DNA of 64,000 nucleotides from Plasmodiophora brassicae (Eukaryota): NCBI GenBank assembly GCA_036867785.1, contig CP145416.1, positions 1,116,001 to 1,180,000 of the forward strand, read 5' to 3'. Shown piece by piece: positions 24,662 to 35,141 of this stretch (position 1 is its first letter; each line of letters starts with the position of its first letter). The notes under the pieces were generated by a model. It saw only the letters and a program-made list of their open reading frames with translations, ran no database searches and was not told where the DNA came from. The position numbers and the translations under genes were made by a program.

Positions 24662-25680
24662 TCGCGAAGCAGGCTGGAGTTACGATACGGTCCCTAAAGG
24701 AGAAGCGTATCCGGGCTGAGGGCAAGCTTCGCGCCGCAATCGACGAATACAGTGCCGTCTCTGGCATCAACGAGACCGTACGCGACCTGGTCACGAAGCA
24801 ACGCTGGCGCTGGTCCAGAGGTCGTGTACCACGTCTTCAAGCAGACCCAGAACGACATGGTCGCTCGAGCGACGCTTTGCCGACCTCCGTTTTGGTGGCC
24901 GGCACCCACCGCTGCCTCCATTCGACCCGACGTGTCCGGACGATGAACCAATGCGAATGGCGTATGCGTTCGCAGAAGTTGCGAACGCCGGCCACGTCGA
25001 TCCGTCGATGGTGCGCGCTGGATCGGCATCTGTCTTGATGTGGTACTCCTACTGGGAGCAACGACAGGGCAGCGACTGTCTGCGTTGCAGGCAGGTGCTC
25101 GAGACGGCGTCCCTTGTCGGATTCGGTCGCGAAATGGTTATCAACCAGATGCAACAAACCTGGATCGCCTGCCAGGTTTGTCGGATCTGGTTGCCGATCT
25201 CGATAATCCGAATCCGGCAAGGGATGCCGTCTCGAGCACCTGCTTGCAACGCAGACAGTCGCTGCCCTGTCGTTGCTCCCAGTAGGAGTACCACATCAAG
25301 ACAGATGCCGATCCAGCGCACACCATCGACGGATCGACGTGGCCGGCGTTCAAACCATAATTCAACAAACGCTTACGCCATTCGCATTGGTTCATCGTCC
25401 GGACACGTCGGGTCGAATGGAGGCAGCGTTGGGTGTCGGCCACCGAAACGGAGGTCGGCACAGCGTCTAATGGCTCGAGCGACCATGTCGTTCTGGGTCT
25501 GCTTGAAGACGTGGTACACGCCCTCTGACCAGTGCCAGCGTTGCTTCGCGACCAGGTCGCGTACGGTCTCGTTGATGCCAGAGACGGCATTGTATTCGTC
25601 GATTGCGGCGCGAAGCTTGCCCTCAGCCCGGAGACGCTTCTCCTTTAGGGACCGTATCGTAACTCCAGCCTGCTTCGCGA
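24662..25680. repeat. ~1 kb imperfect inverted repeat (arms of about 500 bp, 8-nt loop); candidate hairpin RNA
   Basis: 24662-25163 is the reverse complement of 25172-25680 with scattered substitutions and indels; loop ATCGCCTG at 25164-25171. Confidence 0.95.
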
Positions 25681-25881
25681 ACTTTGCTTCGCGACCAGGT
25701 CGCTTCGGCCCACCCGCCGTGCATGGACACCGCCGATGGCGGCACGTCGGGGTGCTCCAATGCAATACTGAAGGCGCAATTACGAAGGCTGTGGGCGGTT
25801 ATCCCTGGCGTCAGCAGCTTTTGTCGGCCGCTCGATGACGGAACCGCGACGGCACGGGAGGGAAGATTTCGCGAAAGTAAG

Positions 25882-26013
25882 ATGTTCGCCCATAATGACG
25901 ATGTCAGGCAGCACCTAACGGCGCCGGCGAGCGTCCACCTGAAGGAGGTCATCATTAGAACGCAAGCCCATCTCGAGGACCTCGTGCAAACGTGCGCAAC
26001 GTTGGAGCCCTAA
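25882..26013 (+). pseudogene. Relic of the N-terminal cap of the downstream secreted LRR family
   Basis: MFAHNDDVRQHLTAPASVHLKEVIIRTQAHLEDLVQTC versus AFDRGDDVQQYLSAHGGAVRLTSVRVRTQSQLDDLIGVLC; lacks signal peptide and LRRs. Confidence 0.7.
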
Positions 26014-26560
26014 CGCGGCCTGGCGACGGCAGGCCATTCTTCGAACGAGCAGCGCGGTGTGTTAACGCGGACGCTGCGGTCGCAGAACGGATGAACGAGC
26101 TGGGCATTTGATTGCGATGGCCTGTCGCGTCCTGACGCGACGCAGATAACGTTCACAAATCCCAATCGATATGTGCACCACTTTAAATTCATGTACTGGG
26201 AATACCATACAACCAGGGATCCACATCGAATCGAGGTCGTCGCGGGGCTCTGCATCTGGCCGACCGCAGCAGTGAGATTGCTGCTCCGGCAAACCTGACG
26301 AGAGCATGAATGTCACTGTTTGGTATGCGCCGAGGGACAACTCGCCGGAGACGGCGCGGATCGATGGTGTGTCCCATTCGAATGCGATCGTCCGGACGCA
26401 GTGTGCGGCGGTTGCAACGCGACTCGCGAGGAAACCCCGTCCCGATCCGGCTATTATTGGAGCTGCAGGGTGCAACCAGACAATCTGGATCGGCGGCCAC
26501 CTCGCGAGTACGTCCCGGACCTGGCGACGACAGATCCGCTGCCAAGATCAACGTAGCGCT

Positions 26561-27424
26561 ATGCGTCGGATCTCGCAGAGCACACTGGGTCTGCTCTGCG
26601 TCATCGTCGTCGTCGTCGCTCATGCCGCGCACGAGGCGTTCGGCCCAGACGACGACATCAAGCAGTATCTGGCGTCACCGAACGGTGGCAATGTTACGGC
26701 CGTCCTTGTCACGGCGCAGGCCCAACTTGACGACCTGGTCAACTTCCTGTGCACGAGCCGGACGGTCTGCCCGATGCTGAAGGCGATCAAGGCGTCCGGC
26801 CCTCTGATCACTCACCTGTCGTGGCAGGTCGGCAGCCTGACGTTTCTGACGTCTCTCGACATCTCCAACACGGGCGTTAGCCGGCTCCCATGGCAGGTCG
26901 GCAGCATGACGTCGCTGGAGTCACTTGACATTTCCAATACGCCCATCGACACGCTGCCCTGGCAGATCGGGCGCCTGGCATCCCTGATATCGCTCGACAT
27001 TTCCGGCACGCGTATCACCGAGTTGCCGTATCAGATCGGGTTCCTCACTGGTCTGCAATACTTCAATTGCGACCCTGGACTAAAGGGCGTACCGGACGGT
27101 ATCGCTCCGCTACATCATCCAGCGACCGCTGTCGAGCAGGCCCCAGCGCCAGTGCAGAGCACGCCCGATTTCGGTTCCGTCGTCCTTCCAAACAGGTTCG
27201 ACGATGCACCAGTAGGGGTGCTGTGCTCCCAGTACCAGGTGTACGCGGACATGGTCGTGACATTGGAGGCGCTGCTCGCGCGTTGGGTCGACCAACCCGT
27301 TCCGGACAACGTCGTCACCGCGGCGACTTTCGTTCGCGAATGCATCGCTGAGTGCCGCGCCACCCAGGCGCAAATCGAGAACAGGATGAGGGACCTGGGA
27401 TTCGCACCCGCTGACTGCGGGTGA
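26561..27424 (+). CDS. Secreted leucine-rich-repeat protein 1, intronless
   Basis: Signal peptide MRRISQSTLGLLCVIVVVVAHA; 23-aa LRRs LxSLDISxTxIxxLPWQIGxL. Confidence 0.88.
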   Translation: MRRISQSTLGLLCVIVVVVAHAAHEAFGPDDDIKQYLASPNGGNVTAVLVTAQAQLDDLVNFLCTSRTVCPMLKAIKASGPLITHLSWQVGSLTFLTSLDISNTGVSRLPWQVGSMTSLESLDISNTPIDTLPWQIGRLASLISLDISGTRITELPYQIGFLTGLQYFNCDPGLKGVPDGIAPLHHPATAVEQAPAPVQSTPDFGSVVLPNRFDDAPVGVLCSQYQVYADMVVTLEALLARWVDQPVPDNVVTAATFVRECIAECRATQAQIENRMRDLGFAPADCG

Positions 27425-27687
27425 CCTGTCATGCATCCTCCCCCGCACGTGGACAGCGATCACAGATGTACACTGGTGTGGCCGAATCACAATACAGGGT
27501 CCCGCGTCACCTAGAGCGCTGCGACGAGTTCCACTAAGCCGTTTGCAATATACACTTCAGGAAAGTAGGCCGATCTAGCCTACCGACGATGGATCTAACG
27601 CGTTTGACCGGCATGCTTTGCTCGTCAGCCCTTCCCTCTGCGCCGCCCCGGATCACCTATGGCGCGATCCAGCGCTGTCCGAACCTT

Positions 27688-27721
27688 CCCGACCCGACCC
27701 GACCCGACCCGACCCGTCCCG
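27688..27721. repeat. (CCCGA)5 pentanucleotide repeat plus two degenerate units
   Basis: Read directly; about 50 bp upstream of LRR gene 2. Confidence 0.9.
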
Positions 27722-27767
27722 CAAAATCGCAGCCACGCCTTCGACTGGACGACGCTTCCAGTGAGCC

Positions 27768-28730
27768 ATGCCTGCCAGCAGCTTGGCCGTCCTGCTTGCG
27801 GTCTGCGCCATCGTCAGTGCCCTGGCCGTGCACAAAGCGTTCGATCGGGGCGACGACGTCCAGCAGTACCTGTCGGCACACGGTGGCGCCGTCCGCCTGA
27901 CCAGCGTCCGCGTCAGGACCCAGTCGCAGCTGGACGACCTGATCGGCGTCCTATGCGCCAATCAGTCGTCGTGCCCTGCCCTGACATCGATCGAGGCGTC
28001 CGGCCCGGGCATCACTCGACTGTGCTACACGATCGGGCGTTTGACATTTCTAACGTCGCTGGACCTTTCCAACACGCTTATCACTGAACTGCCCGCCCAG
28101 ATCGGGCACCTCGCCGCTCTGCGACGCCTCGACCTCTCCAACACGCTCATCTGCGACCTGCCGGTTCAGTTCGTGCGCCTCAAAGCGCTGGAATCGCTGG
28201 ACATCTCGGGCACACCCGTTGCCGAGTTCCCGCAGCAGGTCATGCACCTTCCGGCACTGACCTCGCTCGATATTTCCGGCACGCGTATCACCGACTTGCC
28301 GGTCGACGTCGGGCACCTCGTTGTGCGGAACGCGCTGGGCCGTCGTACGCCATCACCCAGGACGGAAGCGTCGCTCCAGGCTGGGACGATGCAGGCGTTG
28401 TCGCCATCAACGAAGGGGATCCATGAGGCCATCGTCACCTGCGATGGGCACAACGCGACCGTTGACGTCGTCGTCATGCGCGCGATGACGTCGATCCTCT
28501 GCATGCAGCACGAGGTCTGCAGGCGCGTGTGCGATCTGTCGCAGACGCTGCTCGCGCTCATGGCCAGTCACCCATCGGGGTTCATACGCGAATCCGTCCG
28601 TTCGATCGAGGAGTGCCTCGCCAGCGCGCGTGCCCAGCTCGAGAAAGTCGAGGTGATGATGGGCGACACGGGCATTACGCCGGCCAGCGTCGGCACCACC
28701 ACCAACGACAACGACACAGGCCGTCCGTGA
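27768..28730 (+). CDS. Secreted leucine-rich-repeat protein 2, paralogue, intronless
   Basis: Signal peptide MPASSLAVLLAVCAIVSALA; LTSLDLSNTLITELPAQIGHL repeats; caps shared with LRR1. Confidence 0.88.
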   Translation: MPASSLAVLLAVCAIVSALAVHKAFDRGDDVQQYLSAHGGAVRLTSVRVRTQSQLDDLIGVLCANQSSCPALTSIEASGPGITRLCYTIGRLTFLTSLDLSNTLITELPAQIGHLAALRRLDLSNTLICDLPVQFVRLKALESLDISGTPVAEFPQQVMHLPALTSLDISGTRITDLPVDVGHLVVRNALGRRTPSPRTEASLQAGTMQALSPSTKGIHEAIVTCDGHNATVDVVVMRAMTSILCMQHEVCRRVCDLSQTLLALMASHPSGFIRESVRSIEECLASARAQLEKVEVMMGDTGITPASVGTTTNDNDTGRP

Positions 28731-28757
28731 AGGAGCGACCACAGGGAGGTTGTGTAA

Positions 28758-30442
28758 TCATGAAAAGTCGCGCCCGGGCAGGAGGATCGGGGCGACCAGC
28801 TAGTTGCGCATCGTCAGATACACAGGGACGGCAAGAAGCGGGATCGCCTCGGTGGTGACGTACCGTCCAGATGTACAGGGCGCCGCACGCCCATGATGCG
28901 GCCACGTTGACGTACATGGACGCCGTCGACAGGTTCGCTACTTGCATCTGGTTCGTCGCGATCGTCGACCAGTCCGTCAGCAGCATGCACATGTAACTAT
29001 CGGCGGTCAGCACTGCCATGGCGAGGGGCGGTATGCCAGTACATCGATGCAACGCCCATGATGACGTGGAACCAGAAGTTGGCGTGCGCCACTGACGTTG
29101 GAACGGGGCCGGCGCCTGCGTCAGGGGGATCGTCGTCGTTGCGTGCTCCAGGCGACACGTCCCGCATGGCAATCTCGACAGGCGACTGCCGCTGCAGGTC
29201 GTCGTCGTCAGTGGATCGCACACGAATAGACGATGGTGACGCAACGCGAACCGATTCCTGCAGGAGCTGGTGGTCGTGAGCGGTCCCGACCCTCCACGCC
29301 GACCACGTCAGCGATACGCAGCTGACGATCTAGGTAGGTGCCCCATTGTCAGCGACCTCAGTACGCCAGCGGAAACGGGCGTCGTCGGTGTACAAGGCCC
29401 AGCGACGTCAGCCAGGGGCTGGGGCTGACGTTGTCGGCGCCCCTCATCCCGTTGCAGTCGGACGGGTCGCGTCGGAACCCGACAAACATCAGGTACAGGC
29501 AGTACTCGGTGACGATGGTGGACACCTATGTGCCACACCAGGGGTTGGGTGGGCCTGTCAGCCCAGGACCGACGACGACAACCACGCCCGAACGTGTTCG
29601 TACGAGCAGCGACCCTTGCGTGGATTCCGCCATCGACAGCAGCGACCAGCCGAACGACATGGCAATGAACAGGGTGATGGCGAACTCGTGGAACCCGCCT
29701 GGCGACGGTTGGTTACCAAGCGTGCAACGCGGGCCGGCGACGTACACGAGGACCCAACGTCGAACCACCTGAACAGGAAGACGGTGACGACGATGCATTG
29801 GATGTTGGCCAGGAGGACCACGACGCTGGCCGCCTTCTGCGTGTCGTCGTCGCTGTCCGCTATCCGACTGTTGATCGTGTACTGATCGGGATCTCGTCAG
29901 TACAACGAGGGCCGGGCACAGAGCGAGCGAGTGCGTCGACATACGGCGCCGTCGATGAAGATGGACAGCTGGAAGACGAGGAACAGGACCGACACGTAGC
30001 GCGCCGTCTCGACGTATGCCTCGATGACCCCGTTGGTGACGAGGAACGCGACGATGATCGCCGCTACGACCATGCAGAACTTGACGAGGGCGAACCGATG
30101 GTGGACAGCGGCCAGCCCGGGGACGCGTTGCGACACGGCCATGCAGGCGAAGAAGAGCATCAGGCCGAAGCTGATGCGAAAGACGCCCTGGTTGCCAGCG
30201 CAGTAGTCGGCGGCGTCGCACAGCTTCATGTCCCATACGAAGACGTGCAGCAGGAACGGCCCGCCATGGAACCGCAGGACCAGGGCGACCACCGAACTGA
30301 CGAACAGCAGCAGCAGGTACTGCGAACGCGTCGAGGCCGACGTCGGGCTCGCCGGGCACAGGCAGGATGCCAGCGCCGTGCCCAGCGCCGACCCCGCGCA
30401 GCTGGCGATGGCACCCGACGCCACCGACACGATGATGCCCAT
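28758..30442 (-). CDS. SERINC: Serine incorporator (SERINC/TMS1) family, multi-exon
   Basis: CAGNQGVFRISFGLMLFF; FLVFQLSIFID; FWFHVIMGVASMY..MLLTDW; ends LVAPILLPGRDFS. Confidence 0.92.
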
Positions 30443-30563
30443 TGGCCAATGCTGCTGCTGCTGCTGCGAGCGCTCACGACAGACAGTCACAACGCGGCAT
30501 CGAACGAAGCAGGAACAAGTCGCTTTAGTACGCCAACGCAGAGGGGGCGGGAGCCCACCCGTT

Positions 30564-31789
30564 TCAGATGCGAACGTACTCGGCGGGTGCGGCCGACGCC
30601 GCCTGCACCGTATCGATGCTCTTCATCTTGGAGACCCAGTAGGCGGCCACGGCGACCGACGCCAGGACGATGCCGGTGACGCCCAGCGTGATGGCCACCG
30701 ACAAGCGATGGTTGCTGTCGATGTCGGCCAGCATCTCGTCATCCTGCTCCGCAGTGGCCGTCTGCACCGCATCGTCGTCGTCGTCGTCGTCGTCCTGACG
30801 GCAGACGCCCGCGATACGCGCACGGTGCTCCGTTAGGCACGCGGCATCGCCCGTTGGGCACGCCAGGTCGGCGACCCGGCGGACGCATCGCCATTCGTCG
30901 CTGCCCTCGACGACCGCCTTGCACTCGTCGTCCACGTCGTCCAGGTGCGCCATGAAGCACATCGCCAGGTCGGCACGACCGGCCGACTTCGGGCACACCC
31001 TGTCGCGATCGTCCCGACACAGCTTGCCGAACAGCTCGGCGTCGTCGTTGTCGTGGTCGTCGGCGGCGGCGGGTTGCTTCGGCGGGGCGTGCTGGTCGCT
31101 GCCCATGCAGCTGGGCGCGTGCACGTCAATGCAGGCCATGAGCGCGTCGTGCGTGCCGACATCGGGGCAGTGCGTCTGGGCGGCGTCGACGCACGAGAAC
31201 ATGGGGCAGACGGCGACCGCACGCGCACACCTGCCGGACAGGGTGGCCCGGTTCTCCTTCAGGCACGCCATGGCGGCCACGAGCTTGTCGCCGGCGCGGG
31301 CGCAGACGCGCCGCGCGTCACCATAGCACGGGTGCGCGCTCGACAGGACCGTCACGTCGGGCGCCACCTCGTGAGCCGCGTTGGCGTTCTCGCAGGCGTA
31401 CGACAGCTCCTTCCTGTGCTTCCACAGGCAGGCGACCAACCTGGGCACGCGCGTCAGTGATTCGGGTGCGTGGATCCCGACGCCGCCCCCCGCACGTACT
31501 CGTGCCGGTTCGAGGCGTCCGGGCAGAACTTGCTGGCGTCCTCGGCGCATTTGAAGGCGGGGCAGTGCTCGGCGGCCTGCTTGCAGGCGGGCGATAGGTC
31601 GTCGTGGTGCGCCTCCAGGCAGGCCAGGACGGCGACCAGGGAGCGGGCCCGCGGGCAGAACTTGGCGCGGTCGGCGGCGCACACGTGCCCGTCGTTGTGC
31701 AGGTCGACGTCGTCGTCGCGGACAACGGCGATGGCCGCGAACGCGTCGCCCAGCAGGAACAGGACGCAGGCGATCTGGAACGACAGCAT
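30564..31789 (-). CDS. Type I membrane protein with Cys-rich (GLG1-like) repeats
   Basis: Signal peptide; repeated CxxDxxxxC...ACLxxxxxxLSxxC; acidic stalk; one TM; tail ends YVRI; one intron near 31442-31498. Confidence 0.8.
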
Positions 31790-31899
31790 CTTTGGCAACC
31801 TATACGCCACTGTGACGGTGGCAGGTCGCGCCGGATCCCGATTGAAACGAAGGGAGGCAGCACGTGAGGTTTAGTAACGACCTGCGAGGCACCTGCTTC

Positions 31900-32838
31900 T
31901 TAGTCGAACAGGTCAAAGTCGCCTTCGTCCTCGCTCTCCTCGGGTTCCTCCTCGGCGGGCGCCGCTTCCTCTTTCTTGGCCTGGGCGGCCGGGGCGGCGA
32001 CCTTGAACGCGTCCGGGTTCGCCAGGTACTCCTTGAACTTCTCCGCCTGCTTGAACGAGTAGTCGGTCTCGACGGCGACGGCCAGCATCGTCTTGAAGGC
32101 GTTCGCCAGCGAGTGCGGCAGCGTGGCCAGCGTCGGGTACCCGATCTGCAGGCCCAGGGAGGCGATGACCGAGACGGCGTTGGAGAACTTGGCGATCAGA
32201 TCGGATTCGCTGAGGTCGAGAACTTCGGACGCGTACGTCGACCCGTTGTCGTAGATTTGCTTGATGACGAGACCGTACGAGAACGGGCGGATGTTCAGCT
32301 TGGAGAGCAGGGCGACTTCCGACGATCCGACCTTCTCGCTCTTCTTGATCAGGTGCACCTCGTTCGTGATTTCGATGCAGCCCTTGACGATCTTGGTCGG
32401 GATGTTCAACGCCTGGAAGAACGACGTCTGACCGGGGTCACAGCCCGTCGGCCCCACCGGGATGTACACGTCGCACGGCGCGACGACGCCGGCGCGAGCA
32501 GCCGCCGGCATCTGGTTGGAGGTCAGCGTGTCGCGAACCTCCTTCAGGTCGCAGTTCGTGAACACCAGGCCGACGTTCGACTGGATGTGGGGCAGCAGGG
32601 CCTCCAGCTTCGGGTTGTCGACCATGCACTCGCGGATAATGCGACGCGTCATGGTGTTCTTGCCCATGAGGATGACGGCCTTGCCGCGAACATCAATACG
32701 GATCTGCTGGAGCTGGTTCGACCCGACATGGTCGGCGTGGACGACCAAGATGGATTTGTAATCCGTGAGGTAGCTCTTCAGGCGCTGGCTGAACTCGATC
32801 TTGCGGTCCGAGAAGACGCGACCCGTTTCGGCGCTCAT
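31900..32838 (-). CDS. RPLP0: 60S acidic ribosomal protein P0 (uL10)
   Basis: GSNQLQQIR, MGKNTM, GPTGCDPGQTSFFQALNIPTKI, acidic tail ending FDLFD. Confidence 0.99.
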   Translation of the reverse strand: MSAETGRVFSDRKIEFSQRLKSYLTDYKSILVVHADHVGSNQLQQIRIDVRGKAVILMGKNTMTRRIIRECMVDNPKLEALLPHIQSNVGLVFTNCDLKEVRDTLTSNQMPAAARAGVVAPCDVYIPVGPTGCDPGQTSFFQALNIPTKIVKGCIEITNEVHLIKKSEKVGSSEVALLSKLNIRPFSYGLVIKQIYDNGSTYASEVLDLSESDLIAKFSNAVSVIASLGLQIGYPTLATLPHSLANAFKTMLAVAVETDYSFKQAEKFKEYLANPDAFKVAAPAAQAKKEEAAPAEEEPEESEDEGDFDLFD

Positions 32839-33287
32839 TGTCCCGACCTGTACCGGCTGTGCGCGAACGACACTTTAAACCACGACGGGTCGCTGGGCAG
32901 TCTCAGGAATTATGAACCGCGCCCGAGGGATGCCGCCACGGACTCCGTGCCGATCGTCGGCACGCCCCGTTCGTTAGGGCGCACTGCCGTACTTACTGCA
33001 GGCGGGCGCCGGGGCGGCCAACCACCTGGTCGAATACCTCAACTGCCCTGGACCCGCAGAGTGCAGACACCTTCGACTGGTCACGCATCCTAGCGCTGTC
33101 GACGTGGCACATTTGATATTTATCCAAGGCGTCGTTGCGGACCAAATCCGCTGCCCGTGTAGGTACACGTGCTTTCGATTTGTAGTCGGGCCAAGCGCCT
33201 CGGACTGTTTGTCGGATGATGATGTATATTCTGTAAATACGCGCGATTCACTCGCATAGTATTGTCCTCGTTGGAGTCCCCGTGGGA

Positions 33288-34891
33288 TCAGATGAATGGC
33301 TTGACGTAAACCGGCGCTGACACGGTGCGTTTGGTCAGTCTGACGCCCTGATCCTGAGCGGTATAGTAGGCGGACGATTGGTGCCGACGTCGCCCTGTAT
33401 CGGCACCGCACGACTTCATGCGGCTGTGCAACAGGGACAGTTCAAAGATCCGTGTCGGCACGCCCGGTGCGTCCCGTAGCACGCCCATTGACGGCCGGCC
33501 ACCAAACGTCTGTCGACGATCGGGATCCGGGGGCACAACGCGGTCTGCACGATTCCGCACCTGGACGTTACATTTCCCAGCGCCGATGGTCATCCTTCGA
33601 TCCATGTGCGATGGGCCCGGTTCCTCCGTCCTGAAGGCGACGTCCTTCGGGTACCAGTGTTCGCCCCCAACGGAGGCGCGACGTGTTTGCGATGGAAGGC
33701 GATCGTGGTGAATCGTCATTGCTGTTGGAGCTGATGCCGACAAGCCCGACACAGAATGCGACTCCAGTGAAAGAATGTCATTGTCGGAGACGACCCCAGA
33801 CAGCATCCTGTGAAGCCTTGGTCGGCCCAGGATCCCCTTGAGGATTATCAGGCCGGAGCGGGCCGACTCCCTCGTCTGCGGTTTCTTGTCGGACAGCAGC
33901 GTGCCAAGCAACGAGACCAGGCGGACAACGATCGGTCGGTTCTGAAATGCGGGTCGACGCCTCAATGAACGCAACGATGAGAAGGGCGGCAAACATGACG
34001 TCCTTACGGTGGCGATTCGCTGGGCGGATCGGCGTAGGCACTTCACAATGACGGAGGCGGCAGTGCCGCGTACTGACATATTGTGGGAGCTGACGTGGTC
34101 CAGTACGGATCTGCACAGCGTGCTCGGCGTGACCGACTCTGCCAACGTAGATAGGAGCGTGACGGCCGCGTCGCGAATGAACTTGTTGCTGCTGTCGGAT
34201 GCCTTCTTGACGGCCGCTGGGACGATGACGTCGAGTTCGTGGTCAAGCGCGGGGCCGAACGCCCGACAGATCGTTGTCATCGTTGAGATGCCGTGCCGAA
34301 CGACTACCGAACGTAAATTGCCCATCGCCAGCGCCGACGCCTGGCAGATTAACCGTCTGTGTGCTTCCGTATGAGATCTCCAAGCGACCATGACGTTTCG
34401 GGTTCTGGTTACAAGTTCGAGTGGATCGCGGATATCGCGTTCGTTCTAACCATGTTCACGATCGTGTTCAGGAGATCGACCTGGCGATCCCATGGCAGGC
34501 TCCTGTACTTCAGCAGGGAACCCTGGGCGCAAATTCAGGCCTGGCCGCGCGGCCGACACGGCAACGCGCGCACCTCAAAGTCGGCAGCCATTCCAGTCGT
34601 CACGGGGGCGCTAATCGACAATGATGGCAGCGGCGCAGGTCAGGTTGACGTGGGGTCCAGCGTGGGTCGCCCCAGCGCCATATTATTACCCGGCCCCCCC
34701 TGCACAGCGACCACCGCGCTGCGTTTTGGCGCGAGGCACCCCGCGAGTCGCGACGACGGCCTCGCCCACGTAACGAATGGTCAATGGCCTGAAACGCCAC
34801 GCATCGGGAAACGCGTCCTATCCGTTCCCTACAGGGTACATACGCTGTTCGCGGTACGCGCACTGGGCAAGGAAGAGCCTCGGGACCCCAT
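33288..34891 (-). CDS. TOG/CLASP-N domain protein (TOGARAM/CLASP-like); start uncertain
   Basis: WDRQVDLLNTI; MGNLRSVVVRHGI; KKASDSSNKFIRDAA; LLSDKKPQTRESAR. Confidence 0.7.
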
Positions 34892-35141
34892 GACGTGAAT
34901 CTGCAGCGACGACCTTCATGCAGGGCGGGAGTGGACGGGAGCGGGTCAGGAGGTGCAGCTCGCAGTGGCAGTGCCGGTTATGGTGCAGAGCCGTACCTGT
35001 GGTCGAGAGTGGACGCTGTCTGCGCGACATGATGTGTGTTGCCGGAAATAGCTCCCGTACAGGTGGCCGGGTTGCGCAATTCGGTGGCACTGGGCGGCCC
35101 TGCCACAGCGTGTCTGCGCGAGAGCCGTGCCGCGTCCGACG

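Noticed and set aside
24662-25680. Fold-back as an assembly or read-chimera artefact
   Set aside because: Arms differ by many substitutions and multi-base indels, which artefactual palindromes usually lack; long reads would still be decisive
24508-25838. ORFs of 176 and 295 aa across the hairpin as real genes
   Set aside because: They run through frameshifted remnants and into the antisense arm
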